Positions 18,457 through 30,533 of a DNA stretch of 64,000 nt are shown one piece after another. Location: NCBI GenBank assembly GCA_965223705.1, contig OZ245015.1, positions 640,001 to 704,000 of the forward strand, read 5' to 3'. Below the pieces are notes generated by a model. The model was not told the DNA's origin. It saw nothing but the letters and a program-made list of their open reading frames with translations, and did not search any database. The translations under genes and the position numbers were made by a program. The DNA is from Myxococcota bacterium. GTDB lineage: Bacteria > Myxococcota_A > UBA9160 > UBA6930. How positions within the stretch are numbered: position 1 is the stretch's first letter; each line of letters opens with the position of its first letter.

Positions 18457-20144
18457 TTACCTCTTCCGCCTCTTGCTTCCGCGAGCTCTTGGGAGAAAGA
18501 GAGTCGCTCGTTTTCGGGGTGATCACTGCGCCACAAATGTTCTTCCGCGCGCATCAAAAGTTCTCGAAAGCCCGTCCCGTTCGTCGCCGAAATCGCGATG
18601 CCGCCCGTCCGGTCCGCAAGCGCTTTCGCCTCGGCCTCGGGCATGAGATCGGTCTTGTTCCAAACCAGCAGCTCCGGAGTATCGCGGAGCCCGATGTCGT
18701 CAAGGATCTCATGAACGGCGTCCATGTGCCGCTCCGCGTCGGGGCTACTCGCATCGACGACGTGTAGAAACAGGTCGGCTTCGGAGAGTTCTTCCAGCGT
18801 CGCGCGGAAGGCCGCGACGAGGTCGGGCGGCAGATCTCGGATAAAGCCCACGGTGTCTGTGATGATGACCTCGCGATCCCGGGGGAAGCGCAGTCGCCGA
18901 GACGCGGTGTCGAGCGTGGCGAACATCTTGTCTTCGACGAGGACATCGGTCTTGGTGAGCGCCCGGAGGAGGGTGCTCTTGCCGGCGTTGGTATAGCCGA
19001 CGATCGAAAGCACCGGGACGTTGCGCTGCTGACGCCTCGAGCGGCGCCCCGCGCGTTGTCTCGAGAAGCCCTTGATCTCCCGTTCGAGCCGATTGATCCG
19101 CTCTCGCACGCGCCGGCGGTCAACTTCGAGCTTCGTTTCGCCGGGGCCGCGTCCACCGATCCCGCCGGCGAGCCTCGACAGCGACGTGTCTCGCTGCGCC
19201 AGGCGCGGCAGCACGTAGCGCAGCTGCGCGAGCTCGACTTGGACCTTGCCGTCTCGGCTCGTCGCGTGTTGCGCGAAGATGTCGAGGATCAGCTGCGTGC
19301 GATCGATGACGCGGAGCTCGAGCCGTTCCGCGAGGTTGCGTGCTTGGGTGGGCGTCAGGTTGTCGTCGAAGATCACGAGATCGACGCCCGTTTGGAAGCA
19401 GCGGATCACGAGGTCTTGCAGCTTCCCTCCGCCGACGACGGTTCGGGGATCGACGCGGGAGCGGTTTTGCTGCACGACGTCGACGACCGAGACACCGGCG
19501 GACTTCGCCAACTCGCGGAGTTCTTCGACCGAAGCCTCGAATTCGGCGCGCCCGCGTCCTGCCGTTACGCAGACCAGAATCGCGCGTTCGCCTTCCTCGA
19601 CGGTGCGCACGCCCGTGCTGCGCGCGAGTTCCTCTTCGAGGGCGCGTACCCACTCGCGAAAGTCGAGGTCGAGGGCGGAAGGAGGTCGCGGCTCCCACTC
19701 TTCGACTTGCTGCCCTTCGTCGTTGGCCGGAAGCAACGTGGCGACGTGGGCGTCCCCGGGAAGCCCGTCTTCCGTCGCCTCGATCGCGACCATCGCGTCG
19801 AGGCGAAGCAGCGCCAAGTCCGTCACGTCGTCCCGGTCGAGTCCGCCGGGCACCAGATGGGTGTGCAGGCAGCGGAGACCGCGCAGGCGACCACGACCGG
19901 CGCGCAATCGACCCCAGTCGGGCATTTCGATCTCGCGCTGATCGCCGACCATCACGTGGGTCACATTGCCCCGCCGGTCGACCAAGACACCGAGCTGGCG
20001 GCGGATTTCCCGCGACAGTTCCGTGAGTTGGCGCGCGAACTCCTGCGTGACGAGCCGGTCCGCCGGTAGACGGCGGCGGCCCATTCGCTCGATCGCTTTT
20101 AGCTGGCTGGCTTTTAAGCCCTGGGTATTGCCGTGGACGCGTAT
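18453..20144 (-). CDS. hflX: GTPase HflX, long form (probable ATA start)
   Basis: GRGPGETKLEVDRR, GYTNAGKST, FATLD, DTVG, NKTD; GGGGAG SD before ATA 20144. Confidence 0.93.
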   Translation of the reverse strand: MRVHGNTQGLKASQLKAIERMGRRRLPADRLVTQEFARQLTELSREIRRQLGVLVDRRGNVTHVMVGDQREIEMPDWGRLRAGRGRLRGLRCLHTHLVPGGLDRDDVTDLALLRLDAMVAIEATEDGLPGDAHVATLLPANDEGQQVEEWEPRPPSALDLDFREWVRALEEELARSTGVRTVEEGERAILVCVTAGRGRAEFEASVEELRELAKSAGVSVVDVVQQNRSRVDPRTVVGGGKLQDLVIRCFQTGVDLVIFDDNLTPTQARNLAERLELRVIDRTQLILDIFAQHATSRDGKVQVELAQLRYVLPRLAQRDTSLSRLAGGIGGRGPGETKLEVDRRRVRERINRLEREIKGFSRQRAGRRSRRQQRNVPVLSIVGYTNAGKSTLLRALTKTDVLVEDKMFATLDTASRRLRFPRDREVIITDTVGFIRDLPPDLVAAFRATLEELSEADLFLHVVDASSPDAERHMDAVHEILDDIGLRDTPELLVWNKTDLMPEAEAKALADRTGGIAISATNGTGFRELLMRAEEHLWRSDHPENERLSFSQELAEARGGRGK

Positions 20145-20400
20145 GGGTCGATTCTCCCCGCGACGGAATCTACGAGACGGAGCTCCGCGGCGCCAAAAAC
20201 TCTGACGATTTGAGGTATTTAACACCCACAACAGGTGCCGACCAACGCGGGATCCCCCTTGGGGCTTACCTGTCTCTCGCCGTCTAGTTGGATAGCTTCT
20301 CCGCCCCGGTCCGCGGCAAACTCCGAGCAAGTCGCGGGTCCTGTCGGACGAAACGAGAGAGGACCATGTACACGAACTACGCGCACACCGGGCCGTACGG

Positions 20401-21732
20401 ATGCTGACGGAGGGCTCCCCTCTCGCCGTGGCGATCCTCGCCGCGGGTCAAGGCACCCGGATGAAGTCGCGTTTGGCGAAGGTGCTCCACCCGGTCGCGG
20501 GCCGTCCGATGCTCGACTACCCGCTGCGCCTCGCAGAGGAGCTCGCCCCGGAGCGGCTTGTCGTGGTGATCGGGCGCGACGCCGAGCGCGTCGAAGCGGC
20601 GTTCGAAGGCCGCGCGGATTTCGTCATCCAGACCGAGCGCCGGGGTACTGGACACGCGGTCAAGCAAACGCATGCGTACCTGAAAGAGTTTCGAGGTGAC
20701 GTCGCCGTCTTGTACGGCGACACCCCGCTCCTCACAGCGGACACCCTGCGCGCGATGCAGCGGATGAAGGCTGAGACCGGGGCCGCTCTCGTCATGCTCT
20801 CGACGCGCGTGCCTCTCCCCGGAATCGTCGTCCGTGACGCGGCGGGTGCCGTGCGTCGCATTGTCGAGCGTCCCGACGCATCGCCCGAGGAACTCGAGCT
20901 CACGGAGTTCAACACCGGCGTCTATTTGATCGACTCGCAATTCTTGTGGGCGGGCCTGGAAGAACTCCGCGACGACAACGCCCAGGGCGAGTTCTACCTG
21001 ACGGATCTCGTCGGCGTCGCGGTTTCCCGAGGGATTCCCGTGGCGGCGCTCACCCTCGAGGACGACGACGAAGCGCTCGGGGTAAACGATCGCGCGGATC
21101 TCGCACGGGCCGGTCGTGTCGCACGCCGCCGTCACGCCGAGGCGCTCATGGCAGCGGGCGTCAGCATCGTCGATCCGGACAACACGTACATCGACACGAA
21201 CGTCGAGATCGGGGCCGATTCGCAAATCGACCCCGGCTGCGTCATCAGCGGCCCGACCCGGATCGGCGTCGGCGTTCACTTGAAGGCCCACTGCGTCGTC
21301 GAGGAAAGCGTGATCGAGGACGACGCGGTCGTCGGGCCTTCGGCCCACGTGCGCCCGAACACCCGGCTCGGCCCGGGGGTGCGCATCGGCAACTACGTCG
21401 AAGTGAAAAACAGCAACCTCGGCGCCGGCGTGAAAGCCGATCATTTGAGCTACATCGGCGATGCCGACGTGGGCGAGGGAGCGAGCTTTGGTTGCGGTGC
21501 CATCGTCGTCAACTACGACGGTGTCGAGAAACATCGAACCACCGTGGGCGAGGGCGCTTTCATCGGCTGTAACGTGAACCTCGTCGCGCCGATCACCGTC
21601 GAACCGGAGAGCTTCGTCGCGGCGGGCTCGACCATTACGAAGTCCGTCCCACACGACGCGCTCGCCGTGGCGCGGGAACGCCAACGCAACGTCAAAGGCT
21701 GGGTCAGCCGACGCCGGGAAAAGAAGGAATAA
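20401..21732 (+). CDS. glmU: bifunctional UDP-GlcNAc pyrophosphorylase/GlcN-1-P acetyltransferase
   Basis: ILAAGQGTRMKS, GTGHAV, YGDTP, EFYLTD, hexapeptide repeats, HLSYIGDA. Confidence 0.96.
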   Translation: MLTEGSPLAVAILAAGQGTRMKSRLAKVLHPVAGRPMLDYPLRLAEELAPERLVVVIGRDAERVEAAFEGRADFVIQTERRGTGHAVKQTHAYLKEFRGDVAVLYGDTPLLTADTLRAMQRMKAETGAALVMLSTRVPLPGIVVRDAAGAVRRIVERPDASPEELELTEFNTGVYLIDSQFLWAGLEELRDDNAQGEFYLTDLVGVAVSRGIPVAALTLEDDDEALGVNDRADLARAGRVARRRHAEALMAAGVSIVDPDNTYIDTNVEIGADSQIDPGCVISGPTRIGVGVHLKAHCVVEESVIEDDAVVGPSAHVRPNTRLGPGVRIGNYVEVKNSNLGAGVKADHLSYIGDADVGEGASFGCGAIVVNYDGVEKHRTTVGEGAFIGCNVNLVAPITVEPESFVAAGSTITKSVPHDALAVARERQRNVKGWVSRRREKKE

Positions 21733-21736
21733 CAGC

Positions 21737-23572
<1,836 letters not shown>

Positions 23573-23663
23573 GCGCGAGGCGTGGTTAGTGGCACCGTCG
23601 AGTAGCTCGAAACCCGCGGTTCGAATATGATCGCTCCACCCCGGTCCTCCACCGAGGTGGCCA

Positions 23664-25862
23664 TTGCCCGAAGACGATGTAGCGAACCACTCCGTTCTCG
23701 AGGGTCTGAACCCGGAACAGCGCCGCGCGGTCACGACGACCGAGGGGCCGCTGCTTGTCGTCGCGGGGGCGGGCAGTGGTAAGACCCGGGTTCTCACCCA
23801 CCGAATCGCGTACCTGGTGGGTGCGTGCGGGATCCCGCCCGAGCAGATTCTCGCGGTTACGTTTACGAACAAAGCCGCCAGGGAGATGCGGGAACGCGTC
23901 GCGAAACTGCTCGGTCCCGACGGCGAAGGCGCGTGGATCTCGACGTTTCACTCGACGGGCGTGCGGATCCTGCGACGAGAGATCGGTCAGCTGGGTCGCT
24001 CTCGCGGTTTTGTCATCTACGACGAGGCGGATTCCCTGGGTGTTCTGAAAGAAGCCCTCCGGCGCCACGGCCTGGATCCCAAAGGCCAGGAGGCCAAGCG
24101 CCTGCGTTGGCGGATCGACGAATGGAAGAACGCCGGGCTTTTGCCGAACCAAGCCGTCGAGACGGCGGAAGATCTCGAAGCACGGCAATCCGCGGAGATC
24201 TACGCGACCTACCAGCGGCTGCTCGCCGACGCGAACGCCCTCGATTTCGGCGACCTTCTCCTACTCAACGCCCAACTCTTCCGCGAACACCCGGAAGTGC
24301 TGCGGCACTACCAGCAGCGCTGGGCGTACATCCTGATCGACGAATACCAAGATACGAATCGCGTCCAGTACGAGTGGGTGAACGCTTTGGCGAGCGCCCA
24401 TCGAAATCTGTGCGTCGTCGGCGACCCGGATCAGAGCGTCTACGCTTGGCGCGGGGCGGATATTCGCAACATCCTCGATTTCGAGCGGGACTACCCGGAT
24501 GCCGAGACGGTGGTTCTCGACCGCAACTACCGATCGACCCAGCCGATCTTGTCCGGGGCGGGGGCGGTGGTCGCCAACAACACCGGCCGGCCGGAAAAAT
24601 CGATGCGCGCCGAGCGAGGTGCCGGCGACCCGATCCACTTCTATCACGCGGATGATGAGCGGGACGAAGCGGCCCATGTCGTCGGCGGCATCCTCGACCG
24701 TGCGCGTTCGGAGAGCCGCCCGCTCAGCCATTTCGCGATTTTCTACCGAACGAACGCGCAATCGAGGCCCCTCGAGGAAGAGCTCCTCAAGTACGACGTA
24801 CCCTACGTGGTGGTGGGGGGGATCCGCTTTTACGACCGCGCGGAGATCAAGGACGTACTCGGTTATCTGCGCCTCCTCGTAAACCCGGCGGACGATATGG
24901 CGCTCCGGCGCATCGTGAACAGTCCGCCGCGGGGGGTCGGTAAAACGACGCTCGAGCGCGCGGCTTCCGTCGCCGAGCGAGAGGGCTTGCCGCTTCTCGC
25001 CGGGCTCGAACGGTACGCGTCCGAAGCGCCTCGCGGTGGTGACAAGATCCGGGCCTTTCTCCGTCTGCTCGGCGAGCTGCGCGATGAGGTCGTAACCACC
25101 GGCCCGGCGGACGCGATTTCGATCGTGCTCGAGAGGAGCGGCTACCTGCGGCATCTGGAAGCCGCACAGACACCCGAGGCCGAAGCGCGCGTCGAAAACT
25201 TGCGCGAGCTCGTCGTGGGCGCCGAGGACTTCGAGGTCAGCAACGAGGACGAAGATATGGAGCGCTCTCCGCTCGAGCTGTTCCTCGATCAAGTCGCGCT
25301 GGTGACCGACCTCGACAGCGTCGACGACCGCACGGATCGCGTCTCCCTCATGACCGCGCACTCCGCCAAAGGGCTCGAGTTTCCGGTGGTGTATCTGGTC
25401 GGCATGGAAGAGGGCCTGTTTCCGCACGGGGCTTCTGCACGCGACGCCGAGGCCGTCGAAGAGGAACGGCGCCTCTGTTACGTCGGTATGACGCGCGCCA
25501 TGGAGCACCTGACGCTTTCCTGGGCCGCCCGGCGCAGGCGCTACGGCGGACTTGAATTCGCGACCCCGTCGCGCTTTCTCTCCGAGGTGCCGGGCAATCT
25601 CGTTTCGGGGCCCACGCCGGACGACGCGTTTCGCGGACCCGCCCGGCAATACGGGGGCGAGCGCAGCCTCGATTACGAGTACAGCCAGGCGGAGCCGGAG
25701 CTCGGTGAGCTCCAAGGCACGCGCGTCCGTCATCCGATTTTTGGCGCCGGCACGATCCTGCAATCGATCGGCGAAGGGCCGAAGCAGAAGCTCCGCATCC
25801 GCTTCGAGAAAGCGGGCGTCAAAACGGTGCTCGTTCGCTTCGCGAACTTGGAGTTCTACTAG
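23664..25862 (+). CDS. uvrD: ATP-dependent DNA helicase UvrD/PcrA
   Basis: AGAGSGKT, TFTNKAA, DEYQD, GDPDQS, NYRS, AKGLEF, EEERRLCYVGMTRA. Confidence 0.95.
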   Translation: MPEDDVANHSVLEGLNPEQRRAVTTTEGPLLVVAGAGSGKTRVLTHRIAYLVGACGIPPEQILAVTFTNKAAREMRERVAKLLGPDGEGAWISTFHSTGVRILRREIGQLGRSRGFVIYDEADSLGVLKEALRRHGLDPKGQEAKRLRWRIDEWKNAGLLPNQAVETAEDLEARQSAEIYATYQRLLADANALDFGDLLLLNAQLFREHPEVLRHYQQRWAYILIDEYQDTNRVQYEWVNALASAHRNLCVVGDPDQSVYAWRGADIRNILDFERDYPDAETVVLDRNYRSTQPILSGAGAVVANNTGRPEKSMRAERGAGDPIHFYHADDERDEAAHVVGGILDRARSESRPLSHFAIFYRTNAQSRPLEEELLKYDVPYVVVGGIRFYDRAEIKDVLGYLRLLVNPADDMALRRIVNSPPRGVGKTTLERAASVAEREGLPLLAGLERYASEAPRGGDKIRAFLRLLGELRDEVVTTGPADAISIVLERSGYLRHLEAAQTPEAEARVENLRELVVGAEDFEVSNEDEDMERSPLELFLDQVALVTDLDSVDDRTDRVSLMTAHSAKGLEFPVVYLVGMEEGLFPHGASARDAEAVEEERRLCYVGMTRAMEHLTLSWAARRRRYGGLEFATPSRFLSEVPGNLVSGPTPDDAFRGPARQYGGERSLDYEYSQAEPELGELQGTRVRHPIFGAGTILQSIGEGPKQKLRIRFEKAGVKTVLVRFANLEFY

Positions 25863-25864
25863 GA

Positions 25865-26947
25865 CTAGCCGCGGCGATAGAGGCGTTCGAGCCGGCTGCG
25901 CTCTTCGTGACGCTCGAGGGCGAGCTCGATCAGCCGATCGAGGAGCGCCGGGTAGGGGAGGCCGCTCGCCTGCCAAAGACGGGGATACATCGAAACGTCG
26001 GTGAAGCCCGGAAGACTGTTCAGTTCATTGAGGAACAGTTCGCCGCTCTGCTTGTCGAGAAAGAAGTCGACGCGCGCGAGACCGGCGCCTTCGAGAAGCG
26101 CGAAGGCTCGTACGGCGAGCTCGCGCATCCGATTCGCCACGGATTCGGGGATGTCCGCCGGTACGACGAGCTGTGTCCCCTCGTCGACGTACTTCGATTC
26201 GTAATCGTAGAACTCGCCGGAGGGAACGATTTCTCCGGGGACCGACGCTTCGGGCTCGCGGTTGCCGAGGACGGCCACTTCGATCTCTCGCGCATCGACC
26301 GCCCGCTCGATCATCACTTTGTCGTCGAACCGCAGCGCATCGTCGAGCGCCGCGTCGAGGTCACCGGGGGTGTTGACTTTGTGGGTCCCGACGGAAGACC
26401 CCAGCGAAGCGGGTTTCACGAAGCAGGGAAAACCGAGCTCGGCGGCTCGCTTCCTCGCCCGCGCGCGCGCCGCCCCGTCTTCTCCAGCGCGCACGATAAA
26501 CCACGGGAGTACGGGGAGACCTTCTGCTCGAAGGAGCCGCTTCGCTAGGTCCTTGTCCATCTGCAAAGCGGATCCCAAGACGCCGGAACCCACGTAGGGG
26601 ATTCCTGCCAACTCGAGTGCGCCTTGGAGGGAGCCGTCTTCCCCGCCGGTCCCGTGCACGATCGGGAAGATCACGTCGAGTTGGGTTTCGACGCCCGATC
26701 CGTCGCGGCGTCGGACGCGTCCTTCGTCGGGCGCCAATCCGATCGAGACGCTCGGACCGTCGAGTGCCTGGCCCATCGGGGCGTGGCCGGGCGCCAAGTG
26801 CCAATCGCCGTCGGGATCGATTGCGAGGAGCCGGATCTCGTAGCGGGAGGGGTCGAGGGCAGCGGCGATCGAGGCCGCGGACTGCACCGACACCTCGTGC
26901 TCGACCGATCGACCCCCAAAGGCAATTCCGACTCGCAGTTTGGCCAC
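25865..26947 (-). CDS. ddl: D-alanine--D-alanine ligase
   Basis: GGRSVEHEVS, HGTGGEDG, KPASLGSS, FYDYESKY, NELNSLPGFT. Confidence 0.97.
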   Translation of the reverse strand: MAKLRVGIAFGGRSVEHEVSVQSAASIAAALDPSRYEIRLLAIDPDGDWHLAPGHAPMGQALDGPSVSIGLAPDEGRVRRRDGSGVETQLDVIFPIVHGTGGEDGSLQGALELAGIPYVGSGVLGSALQMDKDLAKRLLRAEGLPVLPWFIVRAGEDGAARARARKRAAELGFPCFVKPASLGSSVGTHKVNTPGDLDAALDDALRFDDKVMIERAVDAREIEVAVLGNREPEASVPGEIVPSGEFYDYESKYVDEGTQLVVPADIPESVANRMRELAVRAFALLEGAGLARVDFFLDKQSGELFLNELNSLPGFTDVSMYPRLWQASGLPYPALLDRLIELALERHEERSRLERLYRRG

Positions 26948-27025
26948 GGATCTCCCCCTCGAGATCTTAATCGTCCGATCGAGGCTGCGCTTGACCCGGC
27001 AAAACCGGCTTCGTACAGTCGGGAG

Positions 27026-27859
27026 GTGGCCGCCATCTCACCGGAATTGCAGCGAAAACAAGATCGGCTGCGGCGACTTCTGGCCGCGGAGAAGAGCTTG
27101 GTCGTAGCCTTCTCCGGGGGCGTCGACTCGAGCTACTTGGCCTACGAGGCGCACCGGGTTCTCGGAGACCGTGCGGTCGCCCTGACGGCCCTGTCGCCGT
27201 CTTACCCGGCGCACCATCGCGAAGCCGCCCTCGCCGTCGTCGAAGCCACCGGCCTGGCACATCGCTTCGTGACAACCCACGAAATGGAGCGCCCGGCGTA
27301 TCGACGCAACGCCGCGGACCGCTGCTACCACTGCAAGACCGAACTCTTCGACGTGCTCGAGAAGGAGCGCGCGGCGGCGGGCTTCGCCGCGGTGGCGTAC
27401 GGCATCAACGTCGATGACACCGGCGACTACCGCCCGGGGCACCGCGCGGCCGACGAGCACGCCGTCCGGGCGCCGCTACTCGACGCGGGCTTGTGCAAAG
27501 AAGAGGTGCGCACGCTCGCCCGCCGAGCGGAGCTACCGACCGCAGATCTACCGGCATCGGCGTGCCTCGCCTCGCGCCTTCCCTACGGGACCGCCGTTTC
27601 GCCCGAACGGTTGGCGGCGGTCGAACGCGCAGAAGAAGCCGTCCGCGGCCTGGGCTTCCGCCAGCTTCGGGTTCGGCACCACGGAGAGCTCGCCCGAATC
27701 GAGATTGCCCAGGACGAGCTGCCCCGCGCCCTCGACCCGGCGATGGCGCGCGAGCTCTCCTCCGCGCTGCGCGCGTTGGGCTTCCGATACGTCGCGCTCG
27801 ATCTCGAGGGCTACCGTCAGGGCTCTCTCAACGCTGTCCTCGTCGATCCGCCGCAGTAG
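27026..27859 (+). CDS. larE: LarE-family ATP-dependent sulfur transferase (PP-loop)
   Basis: AFSGGVDS, RCYHCK, DYRPG, SACLASR, QLRVRHHG, GYRQGSLN. Confidence 0.88.
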   Translation: MAAISPELQRKQDRLRRLLAAEKSLVVAFSGGVDSSYLAYEAHRVLGDRAVALTALSPSYPAHHREAALAVVEATGLAHRFVTTHEMERPAYRRNAADRCYHCKTELFDVLEKERAAAGFAAVAYGINVDDTGDYRPGHRAADEHAVRAPLLDAGLCKEEVRTLARRAELPTADLPASACLASRLPYGTAVSPERLAAVERAEEAVRGLGFRQLRVRHHGELARIEIAQDELPRALDPAMARELSSALRALGFRYVALDLEGYRQGSLNAVLVDPPQ

Positions 27860-27862
27860 TCG

Positions 27863-28570
27863 ATGACGCCCCTGGTTTGTCGGGGTGCGCCCCGAGACAT
27901 GGGGGACGACGAAGGAGCGGCGATCGACGTCGCGCTGCTCGAAATCCCGAAACGTGCGGCGCGTCGAGCACTTCGCGATCTGCGGCGCCACGTTCCGCAG
28001 CAGGCTGAACGATTGACGGCGTTGGCCGCCCGAATCCGCGTATCTCCCGCGACGTTGTTGGCAGAGCTTCCGACCCCGACCTTCTGCGTCGCGCCCGACG
28101 GCCGCCCGGGGTTCTCAGGTGCGCCCGGCTACCTACGGCGTTCGCTGCCGGACGCCGGGATCGAATCGGTCGAGTGGCAAGCCCGCCCCGGCGCGGCTCC
28201 TTCACTCGGGATCAACGCGGCCGGGCTCCGCGCCGTCGCGGACACCGCGGCTAGAAGTCCCTTCGACCCACGAAGTCACGCCCCCGCCGCTTTTCTACTC
28301 CCCGAAGTGCTGCAGCGTTTCGCCCACGCGCGCGTCGCGGCCGATTGGCTGACGAAACGCCCGACGTCCGGCCGTGTGCGTTTCTATTTGCGCGACGGAG
28401 TCCGCGATCACTGGATTTGCGTCTCGAAAAGCGGCGCGTCCTGTCGCATCGACGAGACGGCAGAACTTCCGCGTGAGCGCGCCGAGGCGACGGCGGCGGT
28501 GCTTCTCGGCGCGGACGGAATCGCGTGGGGAGGGCGCCGTTACTTCCCTTCGCACCAGTCGACGGCCTGA
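27863..28570 (+). CDS. hypothetical protein resembling an eroded C45/Ntn-hydrolase
   Basis: CRGAPRDMG N-terminus and GINAAGL recall family C45; much shorter than typical members. Confidence 0.45.
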   Translation: MTPLVCRGAPRDMGDDEGAAIDVALLEIPKRAARRALRDLRRHVPQQAERLTALAARIRVSPATLLAELPTPTFCVAPDGRPGFSGAPGYLRRSLPDAGIESVEWQARPGAAPSLGINAAGLRAVADTAARSPFDPRSHAPAAFLLPEVLQRFAHARVAADWLTKRPTSGRVRFYLRDGVRDHWICVSKSGASCRIDETAELPRERAEATAAVLLGADGIAWGGRRYFPSHQSTA

Positions 28571-29076
28571 ACCGCACGGTCGGTAATGCGAAAAAAATCG
28601 AGACGTTCCGGCTTTTCGAAACCGGCGCGAACGGCGTTGCGCAGCAGGGCGCCCCAGGGCTTCCAGAAGTCCTCGCGATCGAGCAGGACCACCGGTCGAT
28701 CGTGAAAGCCGAGTTTTCGAAACGACAGAATCTCCGCGAGTTCTTCGAGCGTGCCGTAGCCGCCGGGGAGCGCGACGAACGCGTCCGCCGGCGCGTCCAG
28801 ACCGGCCTTTCGCGAACGCATGTCGTCGACGATTCGGAGCTCGTGGAGGCCATCGTGCTGAACGTCGTGCTCTAGGAAGGCGCGCAAGATGACGCCTTCG
28901 ACCCGACCTCCGGCCTCGAGAGCCGCGTCCGCGGCGGCACCCATGAGCCCGCAGTTGCCGCCGCCGTAGATCAGCGTGTGACCACGCGATGCGATCTCCT
29001 TCCCGAGACTCGCCGCGAGTTCGCGAAACGGGGCGCCCGATTGCCGGCTCGAGCCGGCGTACACCGTGATCTTCAT
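28540..29076 (-). CDS. LOG-family nucleotide phosphoribohydrolase (TIGR00730-like)
   Basis: YGGG..GLMG, MRSRK, PGGYGTLEE. Confidence 0.93.
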   Translation of the reverse strand: MKITVYAGSSRQSGAPFRELAASLGKEIASRGHTLIYGGGNCGLMGAAADAALEAGGRVEGVILRAFLEHDVQHDGLHELRIVDDMRSRKAGLDAPADAFVALPGGYGTLEELAEILSFRKLGFHDRPVVLLDREDFWKPWGALLRNAVRAGFEKPERLDFFRITDRAVQAVDWCEGK

Positions 29077-29111
29077 CGGCTACGCACGGTGAGCGGTGCG
29101 ATCTTCATCGA

Positions 29112-30533
29112 TTAGGAGCGGGGTCGACGCCTGCGCCGCCGGCGTCTTCGGGGGGTGTCTGAGCCGGCCTCGTTTTCCGCCGGCTGCGGCGGCGCTTCGG
29201 GTTCGTCTTCGACGTGGGTCGCCGGGCGATGTTCTCGTAGGTAGACCGCGCAAATCGCGGCGAGGTCGTTCAGGCCGTCCTCGGTTTTCATGAGGTCTCT
29301 CACGACGGGGACCATGGGATCGACCATGATCTTGCGTTCGGCCGCCGAGAGCTCGCGAATCTCCTGCTCGACCTTGACCGCCAGGCGCTGACGAACGAGG
29401 GCGCGCTCGTCGGCTTCCGTCGGGAGCGGCCGCTCTTGCGCCGTGATCTTGTTTACTTTCTGCAGGTGGCGGAAGTTTCCGATGTCGAGGCCCGATACGA
29501 GGGAGATCGCGACGCCCGCCTTGCCCGCCCGTCCGGTGCGCCCCGTTCGGTGGAGGTACACCTCCGGAGTTTCCGGAGCGGCGTAGCTCACGACGTGGCT
29601 CAAGTCGCTGATGTCGATACCGCGCGCCGCGACGTCGGTTGCGACGAGGATGCGCAGCTCGCCGGCCTTGATGCGCGCCATCGCGCGCTCGCGAGCCGAC
29701 TGCGTCAGATCGCCGCTGATTTGATCGGCGTCGAAGCCGTGTCGCTGCAAGAAAGCCGTGACAAACCGGACGTCGTCTTTCGTGTTGCAGAAGACGATCG
29801 CGCTGTCCGGATCCTCCGCTTCGAGAATCCGGCGGAGGTTTTGTTCTTTCTCTTGAGCCGTCGTCACGTAGAAGACGTGCTCGATCTCCGTCGGCGAGGT
29901 GTGCCCTTCGACCAGGGAGATGAAATCCGGCTCGTCGAGGAAAGCGCGGGAGAGGGCCAGCACTTTTTCGGGCATCGTCGCCGAGAACAGGCACGACTGG
30001 CGGCGCTCGGGGAGATAACTGCGGATCTCGCGCATGTCGGGCCAGAAACCCAGGGAGAGCATCTCGTCGGCCTCGTCGAAGACGACGTGCTTCACCTGAT
30101 CGAGTACGAGCCGGCCGGCCCCCAAATGGTCGAGGATGCGCCCGGGCGTGCCGACGACGACGTGAGCGCCTTCCCGGAGTCCGTCGATTTGGGGTCCGTA
30201 GCCGACCCCGCCATAGATCGCCAAACAGCGCGCGCCCCGCGGTTCGCCGAGAACGGCGAGCTCTTCTCGCACCTGGTTCGCCAGCTCGCGCGTCGGGAGA
30301 AGCACCAACGCCTGGGTGGCGGCCACGTCGGGGTCGATCGACTGGATCAAGGGGATGCCGAAGGCGCCGGTCTTCCCGCTGCCGGTACGCGCCTGCACGA
30401 TGAGATCGCCACCCCCGATCATGGTCGGGAGCACGCGCTCCTGCACGGGCATCGCTTCGGTCCACCCGAGCTTGGCAATGCCGGCGAGGGTTTCGGGGTG
30501 GAGATCGCAGAGGTCGGAAAAGGATTGGGGCAT
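29112..30533 (-). CDS. DEAD-box RNA helicase
   Basis: Q motif, TGSGKT, PTRELA, TPGR, DEAD, SAT, ARGID, HRTGRTGR. Confidence 0.96.
   Translation of the reverse strand: MPQSFSDLCDLHPETLAGIAKLGWTEAMPVQERVLPTMIGGGDLIVQARTGSGKTGAFGIPLIQSIDPDVAATQALVLLPTRELANQVREELAVLGEPRGARCLAIYGGVGYGPQIDGLREGAHVVVGTPGRILDHLGAGRLVLDQVKHVVFDEADEMLSLGFWPDMREIRSYLPERRQSCLFSATMPEKVLALSRAFLDEPDFISLVEGHTSPTEIEHVFYVTTAQEKEQNLRRILEAEDPDSAIVFCNTKDDVRFVTAFLQRHGFDADQISGDLTQSARERAMARIKAGELRILVATDVAARGIDISDLSHVVSYAAPETPEVYLHRTGRTGRAGKAGVAISLVSGLDIGNFRHLQKVNKITAQERPLPTEADERALVRQRLAVKVEQEIRELSAAERKIMVDPMVPVVRDLMKTEDGLNDLAAICAVYLREHRPATHVEDEPEAPPQPAENEAGSDTPRRRRRRRRRPRS

Noticed and set aside
20188..20220. GCGCCAAAAACT-CTGACGA upstream of glmU-glmS resembles the glmS ribozyme 5' core
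   Set aside because: No P1 stem-loop between ACU and UGACGA, no GACGAGG and no downstream P2.1/P3 elements
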